A DNA stretch of 64,000 bases from Eubacteriales bacterium (lineage in GTDB: Bacteria > Bacillota > Clostridia > Oscillospirales > CAG-272): NCBI GenBank assembly GCA_045586785.1, contig JAZNBA010000072.1, positions 59,197-123,196 on the forward strand, read 5' to 3'. The translations under genes and the position numbers were made by a program. Shown piece by piece: positions 27,651 through 35,788 of this stretch. The notes below the pieces were generated by a model, which ran no database searches, was not told the origin of the DNA, and saw nothing but the letters and a program-made list of their open reading frames with translations. Every line of letters begins with the position of its first letter. Position 1 is the first letter of the stretch.

Positions 27651-29429
27651 ATGTTAAAGAAGCTTTTATTTGCTATGCTTGCTTTAACACTTGCCATAGC
27701 ACTTGTTGGCTGTGGTGGAGACGGTACTGGTGATGATACTTCTGCTTTTGATACCACCACCGAGATAGTTGCTGACACACAAGCCCCCGACACATCAGTG
27801 TCGATAAAATTGACAGGTGACGTTAAGTACACCATAATTCGTTCCGAGGATGCGGATAAAGATGTTATAAGTGTGGCGTCGGATATGTGGAAGGATCTGC
27901 GAGTGCTTCTCTATTCATCCAACGTAACGATAACCGATGACTTTGTGAAAAGACAAGAGGATGCCGATAACGATAATTATGAAATACTGCTGGGCATGAC
28001 AAACCGTCCCGAGTCTGCAGAGGCGCTGGCGGCACTTCCCACGTATCTCGATTATTCCGTAAGCGTTGTTGGAAACAAAATTGTCATTGCGGCAAACACA
28101 ACAGAGCGGCTCAAGCAGGCAGCTGAATGCTTTATGAGCCATGTTGCCTGTGTTGACGGTGTGCTGATATATACAGCAGATAATTCGACAATTGTGGATT
28201 CGTATGGAGATTACAAAATCAAAAATATGACCGTGGGTGGCAAGAATATTTCTGATTATGTGATCATAATACCTAAAGAAGACAATGAGTCCGAGCTTGA
28301 TTTTGCGGCAGAGCTTGTTGCATGGTTAGGCAAGAATTGCGGATATGCTCCGTCGGTGGTTGATGACAGCACCGCGCCTGCATCTTGTGAGATCGTGCTT
28401 GGTAAAACATCAAGAGCGGCAAGCGCGGGTATGTATGATACCACGCTGGGGCGTACCGGTTGTAAGATAAAGACACTTGACGGCGCGCTTATTATTGCCG
28501 CCGAAACGCTGGGAGGATATAAGGTCAGTATGGCAAAACTACAGGAGCTTATGGGTGACGGCAGCGCGCTTGCGTCCGGTATAGATCAGCTTTACGTGGG
28601 CGACGATTCCAGCCTTGACGGTGCAAACGTAATGTTTATCGGTAACAGCTTTACATATTACGGTCACTGCTGCGGCTCAAAAGAGAATAACCCTTGGGGC
28701 GGAAGTGATAAGGGGTATTTTTATAAGGTCGCACAGTCATTTGGCGATAATGTAAAGGTTGTAAACTTCACCTGGGGCGGTGCCAGCTTGTGGCATAAAA
28801 AGAGCGGAGTGGCAGAAAAGGCGCTTTACGTAAAAATGCTTCAGACACATCCCAATTATTATAATAATCCGCAGGGCAAGCCTATGGATAAGATATATGA
28901 ACAGGATTATGTCATACTTCAGCAGTCGGGCGATAATATAAGCGAAACATACTCAGATGCAAAGGCTATCATGGCGCTTTTCCCACCCGAAACGAAGTTC
29001 TACTTTTATATAACCACACACGACCTGAGCAGTAATCACACGCCCACCACCTCGGCTGCGGCAAAGCTGGAGAAAGAGGGAAGTGCAGGCTATATTCCGC
29101 TTGGACATATGGTATATAAGGTGTGGTCGGGCTCTGAGCGCGTGCCCAATTCTACCATCAAGTATAATAAATACTCGTTCGTTGTAAATCAGAGCTCGTC
29201 GGACGGATATCACCCCAACCATTTGACAGGCTACCTGACAGCGCTTATGACGTATTGTACCATTACGGGTAAGAGCGCTCAGGGGGCGGATTATTCGTTT
29301 GTAGTTAAGGACGGTAAGACGTATTATACAAACGGAACCACCAATTATCCTGATGTTCTTGAATCCGCAAATGATATGGCAGAATGGCAAAAGCTGATAG
29401 ATAAGTATATTGCACAATATAATAAGTAA
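27651..29429 (+). CDS. secreted lipoprotein with duplicated N-terminal module and SGNH/DUF4886-like C-terminal part
   Basis: 592 aa. Lipobox LVGCGG. Two repeats of the module also seen in 11955-13403 (..Y.II...E...ILLG.TNR..). VMFIGNSFTYYG block. Confidence 0.45.
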   Translation: MLKKLLFAMLALTLAIALVGCGGDGTGDDTSAFDTTTEIVADTQAPDTSVSIKLTGDVKYTIIRSEDADKDVISVASDMWKDLRVLLYSSNVTITDDFVKRQEDADNDNYEILLGMTNRPESAEALAALPTYLDYSVSVVGNKIVIAANTTERLKQAAECFMSHVACVDGVLIYTADNSTIVDSYGDYKIKNMTVGGKNISDYVIIIPKEDNESELDFAAELVAWLGKNCGYAPSVVDDSTAPASCEIVLGKTSRAASAGMYDTTLGRTGCKIKTLDGALIIAAETLGGYKVSMAKLQELMGDGSALASGIDQLYVGDDSSLDGANVMFIGNSFTYYGHCCGSKENNPWGGSDKGYFYKVAQSFGDNVKVVNFTWGGASLWHKKSGVAEKALYVKMLQTHPNYYNNPQGKPMDKIYEQDYVILQQSGDNISETYSDAKAIMALFPPETKFYFYITTHDLSSNHTPTTSAAAKLEKEGSAGYIPLGHMVYKVWSGSERVPNSTIKYNKYSFVVNQSSSDGYHPNHLTGYLTALMTYCTITGKSAQGADYSFVVKDGKTYYTNGTTNYPDVLESANDMAEWQKLIDKYIAQYNK

Positions 29430-29435
29430 GGTTTT

Positions 29436-29476
29436 CCCGACAAGGTAAATAAATAGCCTTGTCGGGTCTCTTTTGT
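29436..29476 (+). terminator. rho-independent terminator
   Basis: CCCGACAAGG-N11-CCTTGTCGGG followed by TCTCTTTT. Confidence 0.8.
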
Positions 29477-29534
29477 AGTATAGAAGATGCTCAAAAAATA
29501 TATGAAAATAAATAAAATTTTTGCAAAAAAAGTG

Positions 29535-29563
29535 TTGACAAATGTAAAGTGTTGTGATATAAT
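29535..29563 (+). promoter_or_regulatory. consensus promoter of the tRNA pair
   Basis: TTGACA-17 nt-TATAAT with extended -10 TG. Confidence 0.75.
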
Positions 29564-29599
29564 AATCAAGCGCTGTGAAAATCACAGTGTAAAAAACGT

Positions 29600-29676
29600 G
29601 GCGGAATAGCTCAGCTGGCTAGAGCATCCGGTTCATACCCGGCAGGTCGTTGGTTCAAATCCGACTTCCGCTACCA
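29600..29676 (+). tRNA. tRNA-Met (anticodon CAT, elongator-like)
   Basis: Cloverleaf readable: GGCGGAA acceptor, GCTC/GAGC D-stem, loop TTCATAC, T-arm GTTGG-TTCAAAT-CCGAC, encoded CCA. A lysidine tRNA-Ile2 is not excluded. Confidence 0.85.
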
Positions 29677-29751
29677 GGCCCGTTGGTCAAGCGGTTAAGA
29701 CACCGCCCTTTCACGGCGGTAACATGGGTTCGATTCCCGTACGGGTCACCA
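29677..29751 (+). tRNA. tRNA-Glu (anticodon TTC)
   Basis: GGCCCGTTGGTCAAGCGGTTAAGACACCGCCCTTTCACGGCGG...GGGTTCGATTCCCGTACGGGTCACCA. Starts directly after the CCA of tRNA-Met. Confidence 0.95.
29712..29751 (+). repeat. attL-side repeat (3' half of tRNA-Glu)
   Basis: CACGGCGGTAACATGGGTTCGATTCCCGTACGGGTCACCA. A degenerate copy lies at 55255-55283. Confidence 0.75.
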
Positions 29752-29755
29752 ATAG

Positions 29756-29808
29756 AAACAAATCCGAACTATTTCGTAACAAACGATGTGTTCGGATTTG
29801 TTTTTTAT
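29756..29808 (+). terminator. rho-independent terminator after the tRNA pair
   Basis: AAACAAATCCGAAC-N20-GTTCGGATTTGTTT followed by TTTT. Confidence 0.8.
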
Positions 29809-29845
29809 TTCAGTTATCCATATTAAAAGTTTAAGGGTGCAGGCA

Positions 29846-30097
29846 TCACGCCTGCACCCTCAGTTCTTTTTGTTGTTTTCGCTTGGCTTTCCACTCTTCA
29901 AAGTCCTTTACGTTTTCTTCTTTACTGAAATATTCAAGAATATACGGCAAGAAACTTCGAGCAAGAACCTCATATTCATAATCGGGAACCTTTGTAGGAA
30001 GATCAACGATTAAATCTTCACCTCCGGACAAGGCGAGCTTGTTACTAAGCAACCACAAACCCACATAATATAATTTTTTAAATAAGCTCAATAGCAT
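29846..30097 (-). CDS. small hypothetical protein of the mobilisation module
   Basis: 83 aa. 1-nt overlap with the upstream ParB-like gene. No motif recognised. Confidence 0.5.
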   Translation of the reverse strand: MLLSLFKKLYYVGLWLLSNKLALSGGEDLIVDLPTKVPDYEYEVLARSFLPYILEYFSKEENVKDFEEWKAKRKQQKELRVQA

Positions 30098-30996
30098 TAC
30101 CTCCCGTCTCTATCCCAACTGCTACGGCTCTGCACTTTGCTCTGTTCTTTCTTTTTCCACTCGGTTAAGATTCGCAGAATTGCGCTCTCTATATCCTTTG
30201 GTGTAGAATCGGGAAAGAATGTTCGAAGAGATTCCAAATCAAGCCTCAGCGTTTCTTTTTGATTAGGTTTTGGGCGGCTCATAACCTCGAACATCATATC
30301 CGCATCAAGCAACTGCATTGCACTCATTTCTTTTAGTTTTACCGCCTGCGAGAGCGACGGAGTTGCCTCGTAATCTTGAATCAGTTCGGCAAGAGCTTGC
30401 TGTTCTTCCTCCTTGAGATAAGATAATTTCTCGGCGGGAGTTAAAGCGATCTTGCCTTCATCCACTAAATCAAGTAGCGGCTTGATAAGCTTTGTCAGAC
30501 GGATATACCGCTTGATCGTGTCCTTGCTCGTGTTCTCTTGTTCCGCGATAATCTCGGTAGATAACTTCGGCGCAACTTGCTCCGAAGTTAAATCACTCCT
30601 TGCTCCCTGCCGTTTGAGTGCATCAAACTTCATTTTGTACGCGAAGGCTTTTTCCGACGGTAGCAACTGCTCTCTGTGAAGGTTGGAATCTACCATTGCA
30701 AGGATTGCCTCATCGTCATCCAAATTGCGAACGATTACGGGAATGTCCTCTATACCAAGACGCTTGCAGGCTTCATATCTGCGGTGTCCCGAAACGATCT
30801 CATACTTCGCTCCACCATCAATTGGATTGGGACGCACAAGGATCGGCACGATCACGCCGTACTCTTTGATGCTCTCCATAAGCTGCTGCATATCGCTGTC
30901 ATCTCGAACTTGAAACGGATGGTTGCGCATCGGTATAAACATATCTAAATTGTAATTAACGGTTGTTTCGATTCTTTTGTTAGAATTTGTTATCAT
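30097..30996 (-). CDS. ParB/Srx-like nuclease domain protein
   Basis: 299 aa. VPILVRP...YEIVSGHRRYEACKRLG ParB N-terminal box. Confidence 0.8.
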   Translation of the reverse strand: MITNSNKRIETTVNYNLDMFIPMRNHPFQVRDDSDMQQLMESIKEYGVIVPILVRPNPIDGGAKYEIVSGHRRYEACKRLGIEDIPVIVRNLDDDEAILAMVDSNLHREQLLPSEKAFAYKMKFDALKRQGARSDLTSEQVAPKLSTEIIAEQENTSKDTIKRYIRLTKLIKPLLDLVDEGKIALTPAEKLSYLKEEEQQALAELIQDYEATPSLSQAVKLKEMSAMQLLDADMMFEVMSRPKPNQKETLRLDLESLRTFFPDSTPKDIESAILRILTEWKKKEQSKVQSRSSWDRDGR

Positions 30997-32381
30997 CTTT
31001 GTTTGTCCTCATTTCTTTTAGTTTTAGATTGGATCTTCGCTCCCGTTTCTCTCGGGAACATTTCTTGTTCTTGCTCCATTTCAATGCGGAGCTTTTCTTT
31101 TAGGTTTTCGATCATCGGGAATACACCCTTAGCCAAGTTGATATCGTGGCGAAGCGCCTTGAGTTCTCTTGAGATCGCTTTACGTTTGCGGGAACATTCT
31201 TCTTTTTCGGCATCCGTGGTTGCTCTGCGGCGGCGGTTGTCGATCTTGTTACGTGCTGACAGTAACATAGCCATATCTGCTTCTTTCTCATCAATAAAGG
31301 TTTGAACCTTATCGACAGTACCGAGATCGTTACGATTGATGAGATTGACCGTTTCCATATAACGTTCTAAATAGATCTGCTCTTGACGCATTGCAGGCGA
31401 AAGCGGCTCTTGATAGTTTTCCATCTTCATTAGGTTGCCGCTTGTATCGATGCCAAAGAGTTCAAGCACAATCATAAAGATAAGTTCAATCGTGTTGTGC
31501 TGATCATAGCTCTTGCGACGTTGCCAAATCTCATAAAGCGGTGGGTGACTCGGATAGTACGGTGTTCGGTATTCTCGCCTTGACAAGATGCGCTTTTCAA
31601 TCGCTTCGGGGGTATAGCGCTCTCCGAGGTTGTCGATACGGATAGGGCGTTTCCATCCCTTTGCTATTACACAAGGATGCTTATAATCCTTTCCGCGAAG
31701 ATAGGTGTAACCACGCCTTGACAAAGCGAATTGAAAGTGCTGCGGCAAAATGCAATCAGCGATAGCATCGTCAATGTCCATCTTCAATAGCATTCTGTGC
31801 GACGGCTTACCTTTCTTCTCCGCCATATACGCGACGTATGGCGCGCGTTTCCGCTGTGGGTTCTGAATGATCGACAGACCGTGTTCTCGGCAAAGCTTGT
31901 CCGATTCGGGAGCCATCACCGTATCGTGATAGTACGGCGGGCAATGGAACTTTTCTCCGTCCTTGAAGCTCACGCTATTCAGAATAAAGTGGTTGTGCAG
32001 ATGCTCGTGATCTCGATGGCTCGTTACGAGAACTTCATATTTGTCACCCCATAATCGCTTGGCAAGCTCCACACCGAGCGCGTGGCATTGCTCGGGGGTA
32101 ACCTCACCGGGTTTGAAACTTTGGTATCCGTGGTAGGCGACGATGCCGCCGTACTTGCCGTACCGTCGCTTGGTCTCCATCATCCGCTCATAGGCAAGCT
32201 CCGGCAGGCAGTTGACACCACTAATCAGATACCGCTGTTCCGTCTTATCGGGGTTCTCCGCATAATCCATAAGACGCTTGAGATCTTCCTCATTGGGATT
32301 TGATGTCTTATCCGGATTAGCGGCATAATCAAGCGCATCCTTGATAGAGCGATGCACAGCCCATATTGACGTTACTGCCAT
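30993..32381 (-). CDS. relaxase / mobilisation nuclease (MobA/VirD2-type)
   Basis: 462 aa. Histidine triad HRDHEHLHNHFILNSV and N-terminal AVHRSIKDALDYAANPDKT. Confidence 0.85.
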   Translation of the reverse strand: MAVTSIWAVHRSIKDALDYAANPDKTSNPNEEDLKRLMDYAENPDKTEQRYLISGVNCLPELAYERMMETKRRYGKYGGIVAYHGYQSFKPGEVTPEQCHALGVELAKRLWGDKYEVLVTSHRDHEHLHNHFILNSVSFKDGEKFHCPPYYHDTVMAPESDKLCREHGLSIIQNPQRKRAPYVAYMAEKKGKPSHRMLLKMDIDDAIADCILPQHFQFALSRRGYTYLRGKDYKHPCVIAKGWKRPIRIDNLGERYTPEAIEKRILSRREYRTPYYPSHPPLYEIWQRRKSYDQHNTIELIFMIVLELFGIDTSGNLMKMENYQEPLSPAMRQEQIYLERYMETVNLINRNDLGTVDKVQTFIDEKEADMAMLLSARNKIDNRRRRATTDAEKEECSRKRKAISRELKALRHDINLAKGVFPMIENLKEKLRIEMEQEQEMFPRETGAKIQSKTKRNEDKQR

Positions 32382-32740
32382 TACGCGCCTCCCTTATAGA
32401 GATCGCGGATGAGATTTACGAGCTCGGCTCTCGTTTCGCCATCCGCTCCCGCGCAGATATTTTCGAGCCTTGCGATGGTCGGATACCAATCCATAGGTCT
32501 CTCTCGGCTCATCCTTGTGTTAACCGATTGACGAAGGTACTCGGATACCGTAATTCCTCGCTTTTCGGCCGCGCGTTCGATTTTTGCTTTATGATCCGTT
32601 GTAGTTTTGAAACGAATCACTTCTTCTTTTTTCTTGTTGTCGATAATGTTTTCCTCCATTCCTTTTGGTTTTGTTCGTTCATCCGAGGGTATTAGGGACA
32701 CCTCCCTAAAGTGTCTTTGCGCTGAGGCAAAGACGGGCAA
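32381..32740 (-). CDS. MobC-like relaxosome accessory protein (ribbon-helix-helix)
   Basis: IRFKTTTDHKAKIERAAEKRGITVSEYLRQSV. The true start may be the internal ATG at 32659. Confidence 0.65.
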   Translation of the reverse strand: MPVFASAQRHFREVSLIPSDERTKPKGMEENIIDNKKKEEVIRFKTTTDHKAKIERAAEKRGITVSEYLRQSVNTRMSRERPMDWYPTIARLENICAGADGETRAELVNLIRDLYKGGA

Positions 32741-32924
32741 GCTGGCGTAGCCACGTTTGCTATGCTTGTTACAGTATAGGACAGAGCCCTATACCGTAAG
32801 GTGGTCTATTACCCTCGTTCTTTCCCTTGAGCGTACCGCAGACTATGTTGAGCCTCCTTCCGTGAAGATTTACGGCGTGGTCTTGGGCGGTGTGCATAAG
32901 CACTATGTATGGAGGATTTTCGTT

Positions 32925-32953
32925 GTGGTATGGGTCAATTTGACCCATACCAC
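32925..32953. repeat. 29-nt perfect palindrome, candidate oriT inverted repeat
   Basis: GTGGTATGGGTCAA-T-TTGACCCATACCAC in the 247-nt non-coding gap upstream of mobC and the relaxase gene. Confidence 0.5.
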
Positions 32954-32987
32954 TCTCTATTTTGCTTCGTGCCATCTTGGCACAAGG

Positions 32988-33878
32988 TTATGATTCTTGT
33001 TCCGATTGAGGCTTGTCCGTATTAAGCGCGTCCAAAAGATCTTTTTCCACCTCATTCAAGTAATCACGGACTGCTTCAATTACAGATAATGTGCGAGGAA
33101 TGTACGCAGGATCAAGCCGTAGCTTGGGAAATCTTGAAAGGAAATTGTTCATACTGCTAATAAACATATTGGCATTTCCAACCATACTCACATTGGCAAC
33201 ACTTTCTTCAATGGGATGCGTTTCTTTCTCGTCTTCCTTTTTCTTTATCCCGCGTAGCTCGTCAATCATATCGGGAAGATCTTCTTTGTCCGCTTTCAGC
33301 AAAGCGATTACATCCTTATTTGTGGTATTGATAAAGCCACTTAAAATGTCTTTTTTTATACCGGGACAAACGCTATCCACAAAATCAAGAGCCTGCGCAT
33401 ATTGCTCGGCGCGTCTTACGTGTTTCTCACTCTTGCCGATTTCCTTGGCTATGCGCTCACTCGTTTTGAGCCTATCCTCCGGGTGGTCATTTTGTCCACC
33501 TGGGGCAAACCTGCCATTTTCATCGCGTTGCTTTTCAATTTGCTTCTCGACGGAATAGCGTTTGCCAAGCAAATATGCCTTCTGCTCGTCGCTCAAATTA
33601 CGCCTGCCAAGCTGATTCTTGCAGATCCAAGCAATAGCTTCGTAACGATTTTCAAAGTCAAGCTGCGTTGTCGTGAACGGAATATCTCCGTACTCACGGG
33701 CGATGCGGTAGCGGTTGTGTCCGTCCACAATGATGTCACCCCACACTGCAATAGGCATCATAATCCTGCCATCTTCCAAAATGTTTTCCTTAAGCTGCTG
33801 ATACTCGTCCTTGGTCAGCGGTGGAATAACCTTTTCAAATTCGGGTTCGATCTTCAATTGTTCAAGCATTTCGTTCAT
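32988..33878 (-). CDS. ParB N-terminal domain protein
   Basis: Start at MNEMLEQLKIEPEF (AAGGAG 9 nt upstream). MMPIAVWGDIIVDGHNRYRIA box. Confidence 0.7.
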   Translation of the reverse strand: MNEMLEQLKIEPEFEKVIPPLTKDEYQQLKENILEDGRIMMPIAVWGDIIVDGHNRYRIAREYGDIPFTTTQLDFENRYEAIAWICKNQLGRRNLSDEQKAYLLGKRYSVEKQIEKQRDENGRFAPGGQNDHPEDRLKTSERIAKEIGKSEKHVRRAEQYAQALDFVDSVCPGIKKDILSGFINTTNKDVIALLKADKEDLPDMIDELRGIKKKEDEKETHPIEESVANVSMVGNANMFISSMNNFLSRFPKLRLDPAYIPRTLSVIEAVRDYLNEVEKDLLDALNTDKPQSEQES

Positions 33879-34055
33879 TCTGTTTTTCTCCTTCAAAATT
33901 TGTTTTTTCAACTTCGGTGCAAATTGCACCGAAGTCCTCTCACTAATATACCGTATCGAAAATGCGAAATTTGTCCTGAATCTCAAAAAATTTTTTCAGC
34001 CCTCACTTCAGCGCAACTTGCTCCGAAGTTTTTTGGAGGAAAAAGAAAAAAGCCA

Positions 34056-34094
34056 TTTCGCACATTTGCCGACAATTGGCAAAAATGGTAAAAT
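34056..34094 (+). promoter_or_regulatory. promoter of tnpV-like gene with conserved upstream motif
   Basis: TTTCGCACATTTGC motif overlapping -35 TTGCCG, then 17 nt, then TAAAAT. The same architecture occurs at 53401-53439. Confidence 0.55.
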
Positions 34095-34132
34095 GACTTT
34101 GTAAAAAATATTTGATTGGAGGAGATTTGATT

Positions 34133-34483
34133 ATGGAACTCACCCACACCGAAAGAAACGGCATTATGTATCCCGACTTGGCACTCCCCGAGCAGACCAA
34201 TTACCCCATCGGCAAGTACGGCAGAATGCGCCTCAACTATCTCAAAAAGCATCGCCGCGGCACCTACACCACGCTTCTCACCTCGTGCACGCTCAATCAG
34301 CATCTCTATGAAACCGAGCAGGAGGTACAGCGGCAGATCGACCTCACCCTATCACGGTTGGTAAAAGAGCTCGGCATCACCGAAGAACTTAAAGTTTCTA
34401 ACCTTCTTCAGTGGGTACAAGAAATGAACAACGCGAAACAAAGCGCGGAGGAAATCGTGCTGAATGAAATAATCTGCAAATAA
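34133..34483 (+). CDS. TnpV-like transposon-encoded protein
   Basis: MELTHTERNGIMYPDLALPEQTNYPIGKYGRMRLNYLKKHRRGTYTTLL is typical of the TnpV family as I recall it from Tn4451-type elements. Confidence 0.7.
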   Translation: MELTHTERNGIMYPDLALPEQTNYPIGKYGRMRLNYLKKHRRGTYTTLLTSCTLNQHLYETEQEVQRQIDLTLSRLVKELGITEELKVSNLLQWVQEMNNAKQSAEEIVLNEIICK

Positions 34484-34496
34484 CTATCTAATCAAT

Positions 34497-34528
34497 CGCC
34501 GCTAAAAGTTTTTAGACTTTTGGCGGCG
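34497..34528 (+). terminator. terminator-like hairpin after tnpV
   Basis: CGCCGCTAAAAGT-N6-ACTTTTGGCGGCG (13 bp). Weak T-run. Confidence 0.5.
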
Positions 34529-34634
34529 GTTGGCTTATTATATCCGTAACTCTCCCGAAAACTTTCTGAGATATAATATTTAGCGGAACGCGCATTGCGC
34601 TGACCGCTATTTTCATTTTGGGAGGAAATGTAAA

Positions 34635-35549
34635 ATGCTTTATAAGGAATGGCTATCAAATTGGCTTGAAAATTACGTTAAAACCTCGGTAAAGGAGCGA
34701 ACGTATGTAAAATATGCAGATATCGTAAGAATCAGATTGTTCCCCGCACTTGGCGATTATGAATTGAATGATCTAACCCCCTTCAACGTTCAACGGTACA
34801 TAACAGAACTGTTGCATCACGGTAACTTGAAAAACGGCGAAGGATTGTCTGCAAACACGGTGAATTTGATTATTGCCGTCATACAAAGCTCAATGGAAAC
34901 GGCGCATTCCATCGGACTTACGGATGAATACAAGATGAATAAAATAAAACGCCCGAGGGTGCAGGAAAAACAAATCTCTTGTTTTTCTCCCTCGGAGCAA
35001 AAAATGATAGAGCAAGCGGTACTCGCTGACAAGCGCAGCAAGATGATCGGCATTTTGATATGCCTGTACACCGGCTTGCGCGTGGGAGAACTGCTTGCTC
35101 TTGAATGGACGGACATTGATTTTAGTAAAAACGAGCTTTCGGTAAACAAAACTTGTCACGACAAAGGGAAATCAAGAGTTACGACCACTCCAAAAACAAT
35201 ATCCTCGGTTCGGATCATCCCTATTCCAAAACAACTCGTTCCACATTTAAAGCCACTTAAAAAGCGAAGTAAAAGCCAATACGTTATATCCGAAAACGGC
35301 ACGTATATTTCGGTTCGATCATATCAGCGGAGCTTTGAACTGCTGTTAAAACGGCTTGGAATCGCTCATCAAGGCTTTCATTCTCTGCGACACACCTTTG
35401 CAACAAGGGCATTGGAGTGCGGAATGGATGTCAAAACGCTCTCGGAGATCCTCGGACATAAAAACGCGACGGTCACACTCAATCGCTATGCCCATTCACT
35501 GATGGATCACAAACGAGAGATGATGAACCGCCTTGGAAAACTGATGTAA
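34635..35549 (+). CDS. tyrosine-type site-specific recombinase/integrase
   Basis: 304 aa. SAM-like N-domain. Catalytic region ...GLRVGELLAL...HSLRHTFATRAL...LGHKNATVTLNRYAHS (R, HxxR, Y). Confidence 0.9.
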   Translation: MLYKEWLSNWLENYVKTSVKERTYVKYADIVRIRLFPALGDYELNDLTPFNVQRYITELLHHGNLKNGEGLSANTVNLIIAVIQSSMETAHSIGLTDEYKMNKIKRPRVQEKQISCFSPSEQKMIEQAVLADKRSKMIGILICLYTGLRVGELLALEWTDIDFSKNELSVNKTCHDKGKSRVTTTPKTISSVRIIPIPKQLVPHLKPLKKRSKSQYVISENGTYISVRSYQRSFELLLKRLGIAHQGFHSLRHTFATRALECGMDVKTLSEILGHKNATVTLNRYAHSLMDHKREMMNRLGKLM

Positions 35550-35556
35550 AAAAATA

Positions 35557-35584
35557 CACCTAACAATCTATTAGGTGAACAAAA
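35557..35584 (+). repeat. inverted repeat, left copy (IR-L)
   Basis: CACCTAACAATCTATTAGGTGAACAAAA. Its reverse complement matches 35689-35716 at 27/28 positions. Confidence 0.9.
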
Positions 35585-35604
35585 CAATATACTAACCCAT
35601 TATT

Positions 35605-35633
35605 ATTCTACCACAATACTCGCTTTTTTTCAA
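35605..35633 (-). promoter_or_regulatory. promoter inside the IR-flanked segment, currently facing the integrase 3' end
   Basis: Minus strand TTGAAA-17 nt-TAGAAT with TG extended -10. Confidence 0.5.
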
Positions 35634-35688
35634 TACATAGGAAGAAAAATTTACATATTTCTCCTCTATAGATGAACATCTCACGGAT

Positions 35689-35716
35689 TTTTGTTCACCT
35701 AATAGATTGTTACGTG
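35689..35716 (-). repeat. inverted repeat, right copy (IR-R)
   Basis: TTTTGTTCACCTAATAGATTGTTACGTG. Also part of a local 14-bp hairpin, 35684-35727. Confidence 0.9.
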
Positions 35717-35788
35717 AACAAAATCCGACTTGAAAATTCATCTATACCATTGACCAAATCAATGAAATAATAACAAGGAGAAACGAAA

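Noticed and set aside
32769-32975. 68-aa ORF on the minus strand in the mobC upstream gap
   Set aside because: No RBS was seen, and it overlaps the palindrome-rich candidate oriT. It cannot be excluded as a small protein, but there is no support.
35721-35731. 11-nt match (AAATCCGACTT) to the tRNA-Met T-arm (29657-29667) as the att site of the tyrosine integrase module
   Set aside because: The match is short and A/T-rich, and it is part of a local hairpin. tRNA-Glu lies between tRNA-Met and the island, so the geometry does not fit. The tRNA-Glu-derived repeat at 55255-55283 is much longer.
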